Of a DNA stretch of 64,000 nt, positions 53,740 to 64,000 are shown in pieces. The DNA is from an uncultured Nitrososphaeraceae archaeon. Lineage in GTDB: Archaea > Thermoproteota > Nitrososphaeria > Nitrososphaerales > Nitrososphaeraceae. The stretch's first letter is position 1. Every line of letters starts with the position of its first letter. The DNA lies in NCBI GenBank assembly GCA_963729045.1, contig CAVSMN010000012.1:128001-192000 (forward strand), given 5' to 3'. The position numbers and the translations under genes were made by a program. The notes under the pieces were generated by a model. The model did not search any database. It was not told the origin of the DNA and saw only the letters and a list, made by a program, of their open reading frames with translations.

Positions 53740-53910
53740 TTAGACTGGAATCAAAATTTTTATTGCTATTGAAATGGCAATTAAAGCACCTGCAATTCCT
53801 AATATAATTTCTGGCTTTACCTTAACCCCTTTAGTTTCATCTTCAAAAAACCTTAAAAGACCCGCACTTGATGCAGGTAAAGGTGCATTTTTCTTCGCCT
53901 TCTTACTCAT
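53740..53910 (-). CDS. preprotein translocase subunit Sec61beta
   Basis: SAGLLRFFEDE..KVKPE plus one TM; start at ATG 53910. Confidence 0.92.
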   Translation of the reverse strand: MSKKAKKNAPLPASSAGLLRFFEDETKGVKVKPEIILGIAGALIAISIAIKILIPV

Positions 53911-54020
53911 ATTTAAAAATTTGTACAATGGAAATAAAAGCATTTCTGTATTAAAAAAATATGAAACAGCGAATCAGATTCTAAATCATATTTAAATGAC
54001 GGTCTTTTACTTTAACTAGA

Positions 54021-54536
54021 TTGAAACAAGTGCAAATCGGGGTTATAGGATACAACAGTGGCTCTCTTCCGATTAAATCAAGAACTCTTGATTTAGCCTA
54101 CGAAGTGGGGAGTTTTATAGCGAGAAAAAATGCTATCTTGGTTTGCGGGGGTTTAGGAGGGGTAATGGAATACTCTTGTAAAGGCGCTAAAGACAATAAT
54201 GGTTTTACAATTGGAATAGTTCCACAAGAAGATTATTCAAGTGCCAACAAATACTGTGATGCGGTAATATGTACAGGAATTGGATTGTCCAGGGATTTTA
54301 TCGTGGCTTACTCTTCTGACGGTCTTATTTCAGTAGGAGGTGGTGTGGGTACATTAATTGAGCTTTGCGTTGGTTATATAGCAAAAAAACCAATGATCTC
54401 AATTTCTGAGAGTGGGGGGACATCTGATAACTATGGGGGAAAATATTTAGATGAACGCAATAGAATTATGATTGAGAAAACAAAGTCTCCAATGGAGGCA
54501 GTGGAATACATATTAAAAAAGAATGAATTACACTAA
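54021..54536 (+). CDS. LOG/Rossmann-fold protein (TIGR00725-like)
   Basis: CGGLGGVME, GGGVGTLIE. Confidence 0.85.
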   Translation: MKQVQIGVIGYNSGSLPIKSRTLDLAYEVGSFIARKNAILVCGGLGGVMEYSCKGAKDNNGFTIGIVPQEDYSSANKYCDAVICTGIGLSRDFIVAYSSDGLISVGGGVGTLIELCVGYIAKKPMISISESGGTSDNYGGKYLDERNRIMIEKTKSPMEAVEYILKKNELH

Positions 54537-54619
54537 TGGTAAAATTTGTTGCATTTAATCAAAGTAAGAGTAAATGATGCATTATAAAAAAAAATCATTA
54601 GTGAATTGAAATCACTCTA

Positions 54620-55756
54620 TCATATGGAGTACAGATATTGATTAGGATGATAAAAGGATCCATATTTTGATTCCAATTCTAGTAATTTATTTATGATTTC
54701 ATTAGGCCCAATCTTTTTAAATACATCAAAAATATCCATTTTAAGGCCCATACCCAACTTCAATGCAACGTTCAAATCCTCTATAGTGCAAACCTGATTA
54801 TCAATCAACCACGAGGCATTGTTGGCTGCGACCCCTAAAATCGAATATGGATCATATTTTGAGGCCTTTTCCATAGTAAGATCTATCCTTTCATAATTGT
54901 CGCCCTTGTATTCATAAAAGCCTCTCCCGGATTTTTGACCCAAGTTTTGATTATCGTACAACTCTTTAATTTTTGGATGCGGCAAAAGAACTGTTTTGTC
55001 CCTCAGATTCATTTCATAAGAGGCTTTATGGATAACATCGAGGCCCGTATAATCGGCAAGTTCAAAAATTCCCATTGGAAATTCCAATTTGAATTTAACT
55101 GCAGAATCGATTACTTCCTTAGAGACATGGTCTCTATCCATTGAAAATAGTGCCTCATGTACCAATGGTATGAAAACTCTATTGACGATAAATCCAGATA
55201 CATCCTTTTTACAAATTACTGGATGTTTATTGATTTTATTGATATAATTTGTCACTTCTTGTGTTACTTTAGAATCTGTTCCAGTGCCTGGAATCACTTC
55301 AACCAATTTCATCAATTGAGGGGGATTAAAAAAATGAACACCAATGAATTTATCCGGACGGTCTGTTAGACTGCTCAATTCTGTTATGGGTAACGTACTA
55401 GTATTTGATGCAAAAATAATGTTCTTTTCTGCCAAACTATTTAACTCTTGATATACTTTTTTCTTCAGATTAAAATCTTCAGGAACCGCTTCAATTATTA
55501 AATCCGCGCTCTGTATTGCAGTCTGAAGGTCAACCAGAGGGGTAATATTATTATAAAAAATATCAACTTCCTCTAGGGAGATCTTATTTTTTTCTGCAAG
55601 CTTTTGTAAAGACCATTTAATCTTCTCCATTGCCTTATCCAGAAATTTTTGTTCAATGTCCCGTAATACTACTTTATAGCCTGCCATTGCCGATACTTGA
55701 GCAATTCCGTGACCCATAATTCCTGAACCTAAAACAGTTATATTTTTTATTGACAT
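54620..55756 (-). CDS. 3-hydroxyacyl-CoA dehydrogenase (likely the 3-hydroxybutyryl-CoA dehydrogenase of the 3HP/4HB cycle)
   Basis: GSGIMG, EAVPE, SNTS, HFFNPP, GFIVNR, PMGIF. Confidence 0.92.
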   Translation of the reverse strand: MSIKNITVLGSGIMGHGIAQVSAMAGYKVVLRDIEQKFLDKAMEKIKWSLQKLAEKNKISLEEVDIFYNNITPLVDLQTAIQSADLIIEAVPEDFNLKKKVYQELNSLAEKNIIFASNTSTLPITELSSLTDRPDKFIGVHFFNPPQLMKLVEVIPGTGTDSKVTQEVTNYINKINKHPVICKKDVSGFIVNRVFIPLVHEALFSMDRDHVSKEVIDSAVKFKLEFPMGIFELADYTGLDVIHKASYEMNLRDKTVLLPHPKIKELYDNQNLGQKSGRGFYEYKGDNYERIDLTMEKASKYDPYSILGVAANNASWLIDNQVCTIEDLNVALKLGMGLKMDIFDVFKKIGPNEIINKLLELESKYGSFYHPNQYLYSI

Positions 55757-55813
55757 AATCAGCGGTAAGCTAGTATCAAAATATAACTTTTGTTTTCTTC
55801 CAGTTTACTTGAT

Positions 55814-57160
55814 CTAAAATTCATCTGTAATTCTAGTTTGTTTTGTTCCCTTTCTTATAATTTTACTGCTTTTCTTTCCAACCGCTTTGTCTACCATTCT
55901 CAGTATATTATTATCTCTAGTCTCTTTCGCATAAATCAAATATATCCACGCACTGTCCTTTTCTTCAGTTTTCCTGATAACTCTACCTATTCTTTGGGCA
56001 ATCTGATTAATGTTGGAAGTATTAGAAAGAATTATGGCTATTCTGACTTGAGGAATATCAAAACCTATTTCCAGTGTGTGGACGGATAGTAGAGGATAAA
56101 AATCTTCTCCCCATTTTTCAAGGATCATTTTCCGATCCTTAGTCTTTATTTTTGAATGGATTATCTCAGATCTAATATTTTTCTTTTCAAGAGTTTCCTG
56201 TAACGTTTTGATTGAATCAATAGTTTCACTAAAAACCATTATCTTTTCATTATTATGTTTTTCAATTATGGAAACTGCTTTTTCTAATTTATATTTGGAT
56301 GAATTCAGCAAATCCTTTCTTAATCTTACTTGGTTAAACCATTCCTTCGCGTACTTTGAGCGCATTCCACCTTGGTAAAGGATCTTTGAGATAACGCCTG
56401 GATCATAGGCATTTAGTTTGTATGAAATATTTCTAATGGATTCACTGGTTTTTTTGTAAATATCTTTTTCTTCGCTTGTAAGGCTTACTTCCATAGAAAC
56501 TATTTCGGGTTTTGCTAATCTGCCGTCATCTACGGCTTCCTTGATAAGGTATTTTTTTACCGGTGGAATTATATCAATAATTTCCTTGTACTTTGGGTCT
56601 AACTCATTAATGGTAGCTGTTAGACCTAGAATCTTTCTTTTCGGATCAGCAGTAATTATTTTGAATAGTCTCTTGAAAGAAAAGGCTGTGTTACTTAATA
56701 AATGAACCTCATCGAGAATGACCAATTTTGCATTTTCAATTAAAGGAAAATTATTTATTGCACTTTGATATGTAGAAATAGTAATCTCTTTTTGATCTTT
56801 TCTCTCTCCATAATATGTTCCTACATATTCCCTTGAAATGTTGTATCTTATGAGTCTGTTAACATTTTGTTCAATAAGGACGATCCGAGGAACGAGGAAT
56901 AAAATGTTAAAAGAACTTGTTAAATCTTCTTTGATTTGCGCATTCCTCATGACTTCTAAACATGCTCTTCTAGCGCTCTCGTATGCTATTTCCGTCTTAC
57001 CCGTACCGGTTGAATAAATGATGGATCCTCTGTAGCCGTTCTTAATCCACGAATCAACTGCCGCTACTTGATCTGGTTTTAGCACAAAGGGAAATTTGAG
57101 TGAGGATATGGCAGGAGACATATCACTATTTATGGCCTTTTTTATATAATCCTTCCACAA
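55814..57160 (-). CDS. SF2 DExH helicase, XPB/Ssl2-like
   Basis: TGTGKT, DEVH, LTAT, GFDIP, QRIGRVIR. Confidence 0.9.
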   Translation of the reverse strand: MWKDYIKKAINSDMSPAISSLKFPFVLKPDQVAAVDSWIKNGYRGSIIYSTGTGKTEIAYESARRACLEVMRNAQIKEDLTSSFNILFLVPRIVLIEQNVNRLIRYNISREYVGTYYGERKDQKEITISTYQSAINNFPLIENAKLVILDEVHLLSNTAFSFKRLFKIITADPKRKILGLTATINELDPKYKEIIDIIPPVKKYLIKEAVDDGRLAKPEIVSMEVSLTSEEKDIYKKTSESIRNISYKLNAYDPGVISKILYQGGMRSKYAKEWFNQVRLRKDLLNSSKYKLEKAVSIIEKHNNEKIMVFSETIDSIKTLQETLEKKNIRSEIIHSKIKTKDRKMILEKWGEDFYPLLSVHTLEIGFDIPQVRIAIILSNTSNINQIAQRIGRVIRKTEEKDSAWIYLIYAKETRDNNILRMVDKAVGKKSSKIIRKGTKQTRITDEF

Positions 57161-57470
57161 TCATAATTGCACTAAATTAAATTTACTAAGTATCAATTAG
57201 AACTCCGGTTTTCAGAATTATTGGTAGTTTTACAATAATTCTTGGAATTCAAATAAGAAAACGTCTAACCAATATTGATTATAATTTACACCTTTTGAAA
57301 TCTTGAGGTATTCGCGAAATTCTAATATTAATTTCGAAATATTGTGATACTTATTAAATCCTCTTCTATTCCAGATCCGAATGTGTTCTCGTTATGATCA
57401 TTAATAGTCTAAAGAATTAATGGCTAAGGAAGGCTTAATAAGAGGAATTAGGTATATGAAGCAATAATAG

Positions 57471-57779
57471 ATGGCTGTAATATGCAAAAAATGTGGCCTA
57501 CCTGACGATTTATGTGCATGCGGAGAGTTAGATAAAGAAGATACCCGAATTGTAGTAAGATTGGAAACCCGACGATTTTCTAAAACTACTACCATGATTG
57601 AGGGTTTGGATCCAAAAATTAATGACATTCACACAATTGTTAAAGAGCTAAAAAGCAGGTTGGCATGTGGCGGCACAGCAAAAGACGGTTTTATCCTTTT
57701 ACAGGGTGATCATAGGGATATTGTTAAAAATTATTTAGTAGTAAAGGGTTTTAACGAAGCTTCTATAGAAGTAATGTAG
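57471..57779 (+). CDS. sui1: translation initiation factor SUI1 (aIF1)
   Basis: CGLPDDLCAC, LACGGT, LQGDHR. Confidence 0.95.
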   Translation: MAVICKKCGLPDDLCACGELDKEDTRIVVRLETRRFSKTTTMIEGLDPKINDIHTIVKELKSRLACGGTAKDGFILLQGDHRDIVKNYLVVKGFNEASIEVM

Positions 57780-57803
57780 ATTTATAAAATTAAGAAAAGA
57801 CTT

Positions 57804-58814
57804 TTGTTAAATAAATTATCTTTGAATAAAGTTTTAGGATATGTAAATGATATACTACTCGTTATCATTATATTGATAACGGCTTTTTCTTTTTTTATAG
57901 GAGTTTTTTTAGTTTTTTTTACTAACATTGGTGGTGAAGTTCAATGGTATAGCGATGTTCCTCTTGATTTCTTGATATTTGGCATTTTTGGAATAAATTC
58001 AATAAATTTCAACTTGGGAATTTCCTTCATGTTTTTTTGGACTGTCTACTTGGCATGTTATCTGTTTTGTTTTTTAAAACCTGTTTCAATCTTTCACTTA
58101 TCTTCAGTTAAAACGCCATTTCAAATGATAGGACTTGAAAGGATCAAAATCCAGCGCGATAATTATCTTGCCATAACTATTTCTTGGTTTTCGGGCTATT
58201 TTGTACTCTCTATTTTGATTGATGTCATGCAGCAGCTATTTGGTGTAACGTTAGGAAATCCATTAATGGCTAACCCGTTATTGTCTTTTTTTTATTTGTC
58301 TGCAGCCCCTCTCAATGAAGAAATATTCTTTAGGGTGATCCTTTTAGGGTTACCTTTATTCCTATTATTCGTCCCATTTGGTAAAGGTTTATTCCTTTCA
58401 ACACTTTATCATCCATACAAAAATATTTCGTTTAAGAAAGGAAAATACACTACTATAGCAATAGCAATAATTATTGCATTGAATTCACTGGCTTTTGGAT
58501 TATCTCATGTATTATTTGGGGGAGGCTATGAAATCGGAAAAATAACTCAAGCTGGCTTAGGGGGCGTTATAATAGCTTGGCTATATTATAGGTACAGCCT
58601 TTCTTCAGCTATAACCTTCCATTGGATTTCTAATTTTGTATTTTTTGCATACAGTATTTTTGGATATTTTTTGTTCCAAAGTCCTTGGAACACCGAATCC
58701 GACAATATATTCCTGGCTATAGTATCAGTGGTTTTCATAGTAATGGGTGTCATATTTTTGTATAGGCTTTCCGAACAATTGATTAAAAAATATTTGAAAA
58801 AATCAAAAATATGA
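57804..58814 (+). CDS. CPBP/Abi intramembrane metalloprotease
   Basis: EEIFFR, FGLSH, HWISN motifs; multiple TMs. Confidence 0.88.
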   Translation: MLNKLSLNKVLGYVNDILLVIIILITAFSFFIGVFLVFFTNIGGEVQWYSDVPLDFLIFGIFGINSINFNLGISFMFFWTVYLACYLFCFLKPVSIFHLSSVKTPFQMIGLERIKIQRDNYLAITISWFSGYFVLSILIDVMQQLFGVTLGNPLMANPLLSFFYLSAAPLNEEIFFRVILLGLPLFLLFVPFGKGLFLSTLYHPYKNISFKKGKYTTIAIAIIIALNSLAFGLSHVLFGGGYEIGKITQAGLGGVIIAWLYYRYSLSSAITFHWISNFVFFAYSIFGYFLFQSPWNTESDNIFLAIVSVVFIVMGVIFLYRLSEQLIKKYLKKSKI

Positions 58815-58820
58815 ATTTTT

Positions 58821-59735
58821 TCACAATTTCAAGTGAGTTTTGAGTCCTTTATATCTATTTCGGATAGTAACTTCAGTGACACCAGCCGCTTCTGCTACAT
58901 CTTTTTGAGTTTTATTTTCACCGTTCATTACACAAGCTACATACAAGGCTGCAGCTGCTAACCCCATAGGATCCTTGCCCGCTGATATCTTGCCCTCTTC
59001 TGCTTTCTTTAGGATTTCTAAAGCCTTTCTCTTGGTTTTTTCTGTAAGGCCGGCCTTGCTTGCTATCCTTGCAACACATTTTACTGGATCAACCACTGGC
59101 ATTTTAAGATCCAATTCTCTAATCAGTAATCTATAACATCTTGCAACGTCCTTCTTTTTTATGTTACTGGCATTTGCAACATCTTTTAATGTTCTAGGAG
59201 TTTCCGTATCCCTGCATGCAGCATAAAGTGCAGCTGCAACTAGTGCTGAAATAGATCTGCCTCTCACCAAACCCTTTTCTAACGCCTTTCTATAAACGTA
59301 AGCAGCTTTTTCAATCACTGCATCACCCACTGCTAATTTATCTTTTAATCTGTCCAATTCACTGAATGCTTGTCTGAAATTCCTGTCAACAGGTTCATGG
59401 ACTTGACTCCTGCTATCCCATGTTCTTAACCTTTCGATGGTGCTTTTCATAGACGCGGATAAAGGTTTGCCAGATGCATCCTTATCCACTGGCCCAATAA
59501 TCGTAGCCAAGCCCATGTCATGCATGGCCAAAGAAGTAGGCACACCTGCTCTGCTTCTATCCTCATGTTCTTCTTTGGAAAAGGCTCTCCATTCTGGTCC
59601 GGTTTCTTCTATCCTTTCTGTAACTACAAAGCCACAGTTGCCGCAAAACATTTCCCCAGTTGAATTGTCTGTAACCATTGGACCCTTGCCACATCGTGGA
59701 CACCGGTCACCAAACATAGAAATATCTTTTACCAA
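58821..59735 (-). CDS. tfb: transcription initiation factor IIB, canonical type
   Basis: CPRC/CGNC, GPEWRAF, GKDPMGLAA, VTEVTIRNR. Confidence 0.97.
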   Translation of the reverse strand: MVKDISMFGDRCPRCGKGPMVTDNSTGEMFCGNCGFVVTERIEETGPEWRAFSKEEHEDRSRAGVPTSLAMHDMGLATIIGPVDKDASGKPLSASMKSTIERLRTWDSRSQVHEPVDRNFRQAFSELDRLKDKLAVGDAVIEKAAYVYRKALEKGLVRGRSISALVAAALYAACRDTETPRTLKDVANASNIKKKDVARCYRLLIRELDLKMPVVDPVKCVARIASKAGLTEKTKRKALEILKKAEEGKISAGKDPMGLAAAALYVACVMNGENKTQKDVAEAAGVTEVTIRNRYKGLKTHLKL

Positions 59736-60015
59736 TATTTATCACCATAAAACTTATAAACTAATTCCACATGTATTTATATCTTTCCTTACATATAAAT
59801 ATATCGGAAATTATCAAAATAAATAGGTTAATACTTTGCTTTAGTTCTTTTTCTCCTCTCTACTTTAGCGTATTTTTTGCTCTCGCTTCTTTTTGAACTG
59901 TAAGCATGAGTTCTTTTTGCACTTTTATTGCTCATGGATCAAAATGATAGGCGATTATTTATATACTATAGTTTTTCCCAGATGAAATGACAGAAACTAA
60001 AATAATGAATTTATA

Positions 60016-62496
60016 ATGCATTATTCCTTCAATACTTTATTCATGAGGAATATCTTACATGTGCTGGCTTTTTTGACCGCACTTTTTGCTTTAGTTCTTT
60101 TCACTTCTAATAATTATGCCTTTTCTCAGATGAATCAGACAGGCGGATATGCTGACCAGGTTAAATTCATAAGGTTTTCTAATGAAAATGTCGCATACCA
60201 GGAAGTAAGTAATGGTCATCTTGACAGTTACTTTTTTCAAATTCCTTTGCAACTTGTTGAATCAGCTAAAAAAAACCCAAATCTAGAAGTGTTTGAGAAA
60301 GAGGGCCTTTCTTATGGCTTGTTACTAAATCCTTATTATGGAAACCAGACATTCAATCCTCTCTCGATCAAAGAAATTCGATTTGCAATGAATTTCTTGA
60401 TTGATAGAAACTTTATTGTAAATAATATTTTAAAGGGGTTCAGTAATCCTATTGTAGAGCCATATGGACCCACTTCTCCAGAATACCGTAATGTGTTACC
60501 CGAAGTCGATCCCTTAAAAATCCGTTATGATGTAAATTTTGCTACTAAAAGTATCAAGGATTCTATGACAAAAGCGGGAGCAGTTATGGACCAAACAGGC
60601 AAGTATATCCTAAACGGAAAACCTGTGCTAGTTAAGATATTGATTAGAAATGACGATTTAATAAGAAAATCATTTGGTGATTATGTTGCATCTGAAATTG
60701 AAAAAGTTGGATTTACAGTCATGAAAGAATATGGCGACTTGACAAAAGCCAATAGAGTTGTTTACGGATCAAACCCGGCAGATTTAGAATGGAATATATA
60801 CACCGAATCATACATATCCAGTTCGTTCTCAAGGTACAATCCAACAACTGTTAGTCAAATGTATGCTCCTTGGTTTGGAAATATGCCCGGGTCTCAGAAT
60901 CCAGGCTTTTGGCAATACTCTAATTCGACAATTGATGATGTGACACAAGATCTAGTTTTTAACAATTTTACATCTGAAACAGAACGAAATAGTTTGTTGC
61001 AACAAGCGGAGTCTGTAGGTTTGCAAGAAGCAGTGCGTCTCTTTTTTGCAAGATCCTTTGATCCATACATAGCCTCATCAAAAATTAGTGGGCTAATCAA
61101 TGACTATTCTGCTGGTATCGCTAATAAATTATCATTGATAAATGCTATAAAACACGATACTGATAATTCTACGCTCAATATAGGGATGAAGGAAGTATAT
61201 CAAGGAGCCTGGAATAATGTTAAGGGTTGCACAGACTTTTATTGTAGGATTATTTATTCACTTGTCGCTGACACTCCGACGATATCTAATCCATATTCTG
61301 GTGACCCTGAACCTTCTAGGAACAAGTGGACCAATCTGTTCTCAAAAGGACCGACCGATACCGTCCTAGTTCCAAGTGATGCCGTTACTTGGAACCCCTA
61401 CAATCAAAGTTGGGATAAAAACAAAAATCAAAGTAATTCTGCATTAACCAAAGTTACGATGGAACCTTTATTTTCAAAATGGCATAATGGGAAACTTATG
61501 GATAAGTACGATTTCTTGTACTCTTATTATTTTCCATTCGAATGGTCAACTGATACTAAAAACAATGATAAAACCTTCGATGCCGAATATTCAAGTTTGA
61601 TTTTTCCCACTCTATCTCTAATTAAAGGTATAAAGTTCTATGACAACAGTACTTTTGATACCTATGTTGATCTCTGGCATTATGACAAAAATTTAGTTCC
61701 CTCTTACGGGACTTTATGGCCCTCTGAACCGTGGGAAATTACGGCTGCAACAGAACGATTGGTTGCTGATAATAAATTATCTTATTCAAAATCTGATGCT
61801 AATATTAAACATATAGATCAGTTATCTTTGAATCTTCCAGTGCAATCTGAAATGATAAAACAAGAGTTGATTGAGATGTCTAATGAAAAATATATACCCA
61901 ATCCTTTGAAAGGTTTGGTAAGTTTGGACTATGCACTTGAACGCTACAAGTCATCAATCGATTGGATTACAAATCATCACAATGCAGTCATTGGAAATGG
62001 GCCTTATTATTTGGAAACTTTCAATCCTACAGGAGGGGTTGTAACCTTACAAGCGTTTAGAGATAGCACATACCCGTTCAAAACAGGGATATACTCTGAC
62101 TACGAAAACCCTCCTGAACTGCGCATTGATAGTATGAATATTCCAAAGTTCCTAAAAATAGGAGAACCTTTTGATTTTGACTTACAGGTAAATGTTAAAA
62201 ATCTATCTAATGGTACAAATAGTTTAAAGGGGAACATTGATTATTTCATTTCTGACAGAAATAATAAGATCGTGGTTGAAGGTTCTTCTGTGATAAATAA
62301 TTCCTTTACTAATCAATCTAATAATAAAGGTCAACTTCAAACTCAAATGGATGAATCTGGAACTGTTGCCATATCCTTGAATGCAAGTCAGACAAAAGAA
62401 CTTATACCAGGTCCAGCAAAAATAAAACTTATCATTACTTCTGCAGAGTCACCAAAACCACTAATCCAAGAAAAAACCTTGATTGCCAGACCTTGA
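60016..62496 (+). CDS. peptide/nickel ABC transporter substrate-binding protein (family 5)
   Basis: signal/TM, NPLSIKEIRFAMNFLIDR, KWHNG, IGNGPYYL. Confidence 0.88.
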   Translation: MHYSFNTLFMRNILHVLAFLTALFALVLFTSNNYAFSQMNQTGGYADQVKFIRFSNENVAYQEVSNGHLDSYFFQIPLQLVESAKKNPNLEVFEKEGLSYGLLLNPYYGNQTFNPLSIKEIRFAMNFLIDRNFIVNNILKGFSNPIVEPYGPTSPEYRNVLPEVDPLKIRYDVNFATKSIKDSMTKAGAVMDQTGKYILNGKPVLVKILIRNDDLIRKSFGDYVASEIEKVGFTVMKEYGDLTKANRVVYGSNPADLEWNIYTESYISSSFSRYNPTTVSQMYAPWFGNMPGSQNPGFWQYSNSTIDDVTQDLVFNNFTSETERNSLLQQAESVGLQEAVRLFFARSFDPYIASSKISGLINDYSAGIANKLSLINAIKHDTDNSTLNIGMKEVYQGAWNNVKGCTDFYCRIIYSLVADTPTISNPYSGDPEPSRNKWTNLFSKGPTDTVLVPSDAVTWNPYNQSWDKNKNQSNSALTKVTMEPLFSKWHNGKLMDKYDFLYSYYFPFEWSTDTKNNDKTFDAEYSSLIFPTLSLIKGIKFYDNSTFDTYVDLWHYDKNLVPSYGTLWPSEPWEITAATERLVADNKLSYSKSDANIKHIDQLSLNLPVQSEMIKQELIEMSNEKYIPNPLKGLVSLDYALERYKSSIDWITNHHNAVIGNGPYYLETFNPTGGVVTLQAFRDSTYPFKTGIYSDYENPPELRIDSMNIPKFLKIGEPFDFDLQVNVKNLSNGTNSLKGNIDYFISDRNNKIVVEGSSVINNSFTNQSNNKGQLQTQMDESGTVAISLNASQTKELIPGPAKIKLIITSAESPKPLIQEKTLIARP

Positions 62497-62531
62497 GTAT
62501 GGTTCAATAAAACGATACAGACGAATTTGCC

Positions 62532-63602
62532 TTGATGACCATCATCATTTATCTGTTAAAAAAAATTTCAATTTTGATATTAGTCTTAATTATCACACTA
62601 TTAGTTACAATATTCCTTTTGGGTTCGACTATTGACAAAATAATGGTAGATAATATCCGAATGCAGGTAACTAATTCTCTATCCGACTCGATATCTGAAA
62701 ATCAAAGACTAAACCAGCTACAAGATTCACAGGAAAGGCAGTCAATCATCGATAAACAAATTAGTATCCAAACTAAAAGTCTGGGGCTAGACGAGCCCTG
62801 GTATTCTCTAAAAAAAATCAGCAATAGTCTCCTTCAAATCATTACATTGAACCTGGGTAATTCGAGATTTTTTACTACCAATGATGGTTCAAGCAGCGTA
62901 AATGAACTAATAATTGAAAAACTGCCAAATACAATTTTGTTGTTTACTACCTCGTCAATAACTGTAATAGCCATAGGGATAGTATTAGGATCTTATTTAG
63001 CAAAGAGGGAAGGAAAAATTTCCGATAAATTGGTAGCCGGTCTTGCCTCTGCTAGTCTAAGTGTACCTCCATGGTGGTTTTCAATGATAATGATAGTCTT
63101 GTTTTCATACTTGCTGCAAATTTTTCCTGCAAGATCTACACCTTTAATTTCTCCAGGTACTCCGGGATACTTTGTTGATTTATTATATCATATGACTTTG
63201 CCTTTTATTACAATGGTTATCATAGGTTTTGCATCATCCGTTTATTACACTAAATATATTGTTTTGAGGGTAATTGAAGAAGATTACATAAAAACCTTAG
63301 GAATTATTGGTTTGCCTTCTAGAAAAATTTTGTTCAAACATGCATTGAAGAATGCTGGACCTCAATTGATGACGATGCTGGGATTAGGACTTACAGCAAC
63401 TTTAGGAGGGTCTATATTGATAGAAGAAATATTTGATTGGCCTGGCATGGGAAATCTGTTTTACAATGCGGTTATTCAAAATGATTCTCCCTTAATTATA
63501 GGCCTTGTATACTTCTTTACATTGCTTTATTTATTGACAAGATTGGTACTGGACCTTACACTGTCATTTTTAGATCCCAGAATTAGAACCGGAGACGAAT
63601 GA
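62532..63602 (+). CDS. peptide ABC transporter permease (DppB-like)
   Basis: LPNTILL, EDYIKT..IIG, KHALKNA, EEIFDWPGMG, LDPRIR. Confidence 0.92.
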   Translation: MMTIIIYLLKKISILILVLIITLLVTIFLLGSTIDKIMVDNIRMQVTNSLSDSISENQRLNQLQDSQERQSIIDKQISIQTKSLGLDEPWYSLKKISNSLLQIITLNLGNSRFFTTNDGSSSVNELIIEKLPNTILLFTTSSITVIAIGIVLGSYLAKREGKISDKLVAGLASASLSVPPWWFSMIMIVLFSYLLQIFPARSTPLISPGTPGYFVDLLYHMTLPFITMVIIGFASSVYYTKYIVLRVIEEDYIKTLGIIGLPSRKILFKHALKNAGPQLMTMLGLGLTATLGGSILIEEIFDWPGMGNLFYNAVIQNDSPLIIGLVYFFTLLYLLTRLVLDLTLSFLDPRIRTGDE

Positions 63603-63626
63603 GCGAGTGGATGTGGTTTACTTAAT

Positions 63627-64000
63627 TTGACGAATAAAATGAAAGTTTGTCTAAAGAACTACAAGGGCGGTGTCTTGGGCTTTGTCTTGCTTTTGTTCCT
63701 GATTGGGATCACTATCTATACCGTTTTATATATTCCAGCAAAGGAACGATCAGAATGGAATAATCCTTTTTTTTGGATTAACTATCCCAAAAATGCTGCC
63801 CCTGCTTGGGTTAACTATTTCTTGATACCATTTCAGCAGCAATTACCAGAACATAAGATATATTCCAAAGACGAAGCAGTAATCTCTTCTTATTCAGAAA
63901 CCGACTTCAAAGTGGATAACCATACATTTTCTTACGAATTTGATATATGGACAATTTCCATCTGGCTTTAGTATACCATTTTCATTAGAATTTGGTGAAA
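63627..64000 (+). CDS. peptide ABC transporter permease (DppC-like), partial, apparent frameshift near 63945
   Basis: TM followed by WNNPFFWINYPKNAAPAW; follows the dppB-like gene; runs off the window. Confidence 0.7.

Overview
AT-rich chromosomal segment from an ammonia-oxidising archaeon (Nitrososphaerota, Nitrososphaerales; gene content and style resemble Ca. Nitrosocosmicus, which is inference). About 1-16 kb is an accessory, decaying zone: Zn-dependent aldehyde/alcohol dehydrogenase, nadE, a HAD phosphatase, an orphan response regulator, a degraded IS5/ISL2-type element, a histidine-kinase remnant and small hypotheticals. The rest is mostly core: glyoxylate reductase, tRNA-Tyr with two introns, ribL/ribK, dnaG, rpl40e (missed by the ORF track), a Grs-like B12 radical SAM enzyme, tpiA/fbp, a LysW-type Arg/Lys operon, dph5, a GvpD/KaiC-like ATPase next to a PPP phosphatase, two TFBs, tRNA-Leu (intron), SSB, mpg, ahcY, tRNA-Val, Sec61beta, 3-hydroxyacyl-CoA dehydrogenase, an XPB-like helicase, SUI1 and a peptide ABC transporter. 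At least 14 genes, including essential ones, are broken by small indels, most likely from an unpolished assembly. Best leads: (1) an overlapping cluster of an anticodon-domain-less CysRS paralogue with an altered Zn site, a GNAT and a divergent HemB; (2) a LysW ending in EDWGQ instead of EDWGE; (3) the Grs-like radical SAM enzyme facing an HTH/B12-like regulator; (4) the double-intron tRNA-Tyr; (5) a modular repeat secreted protein.
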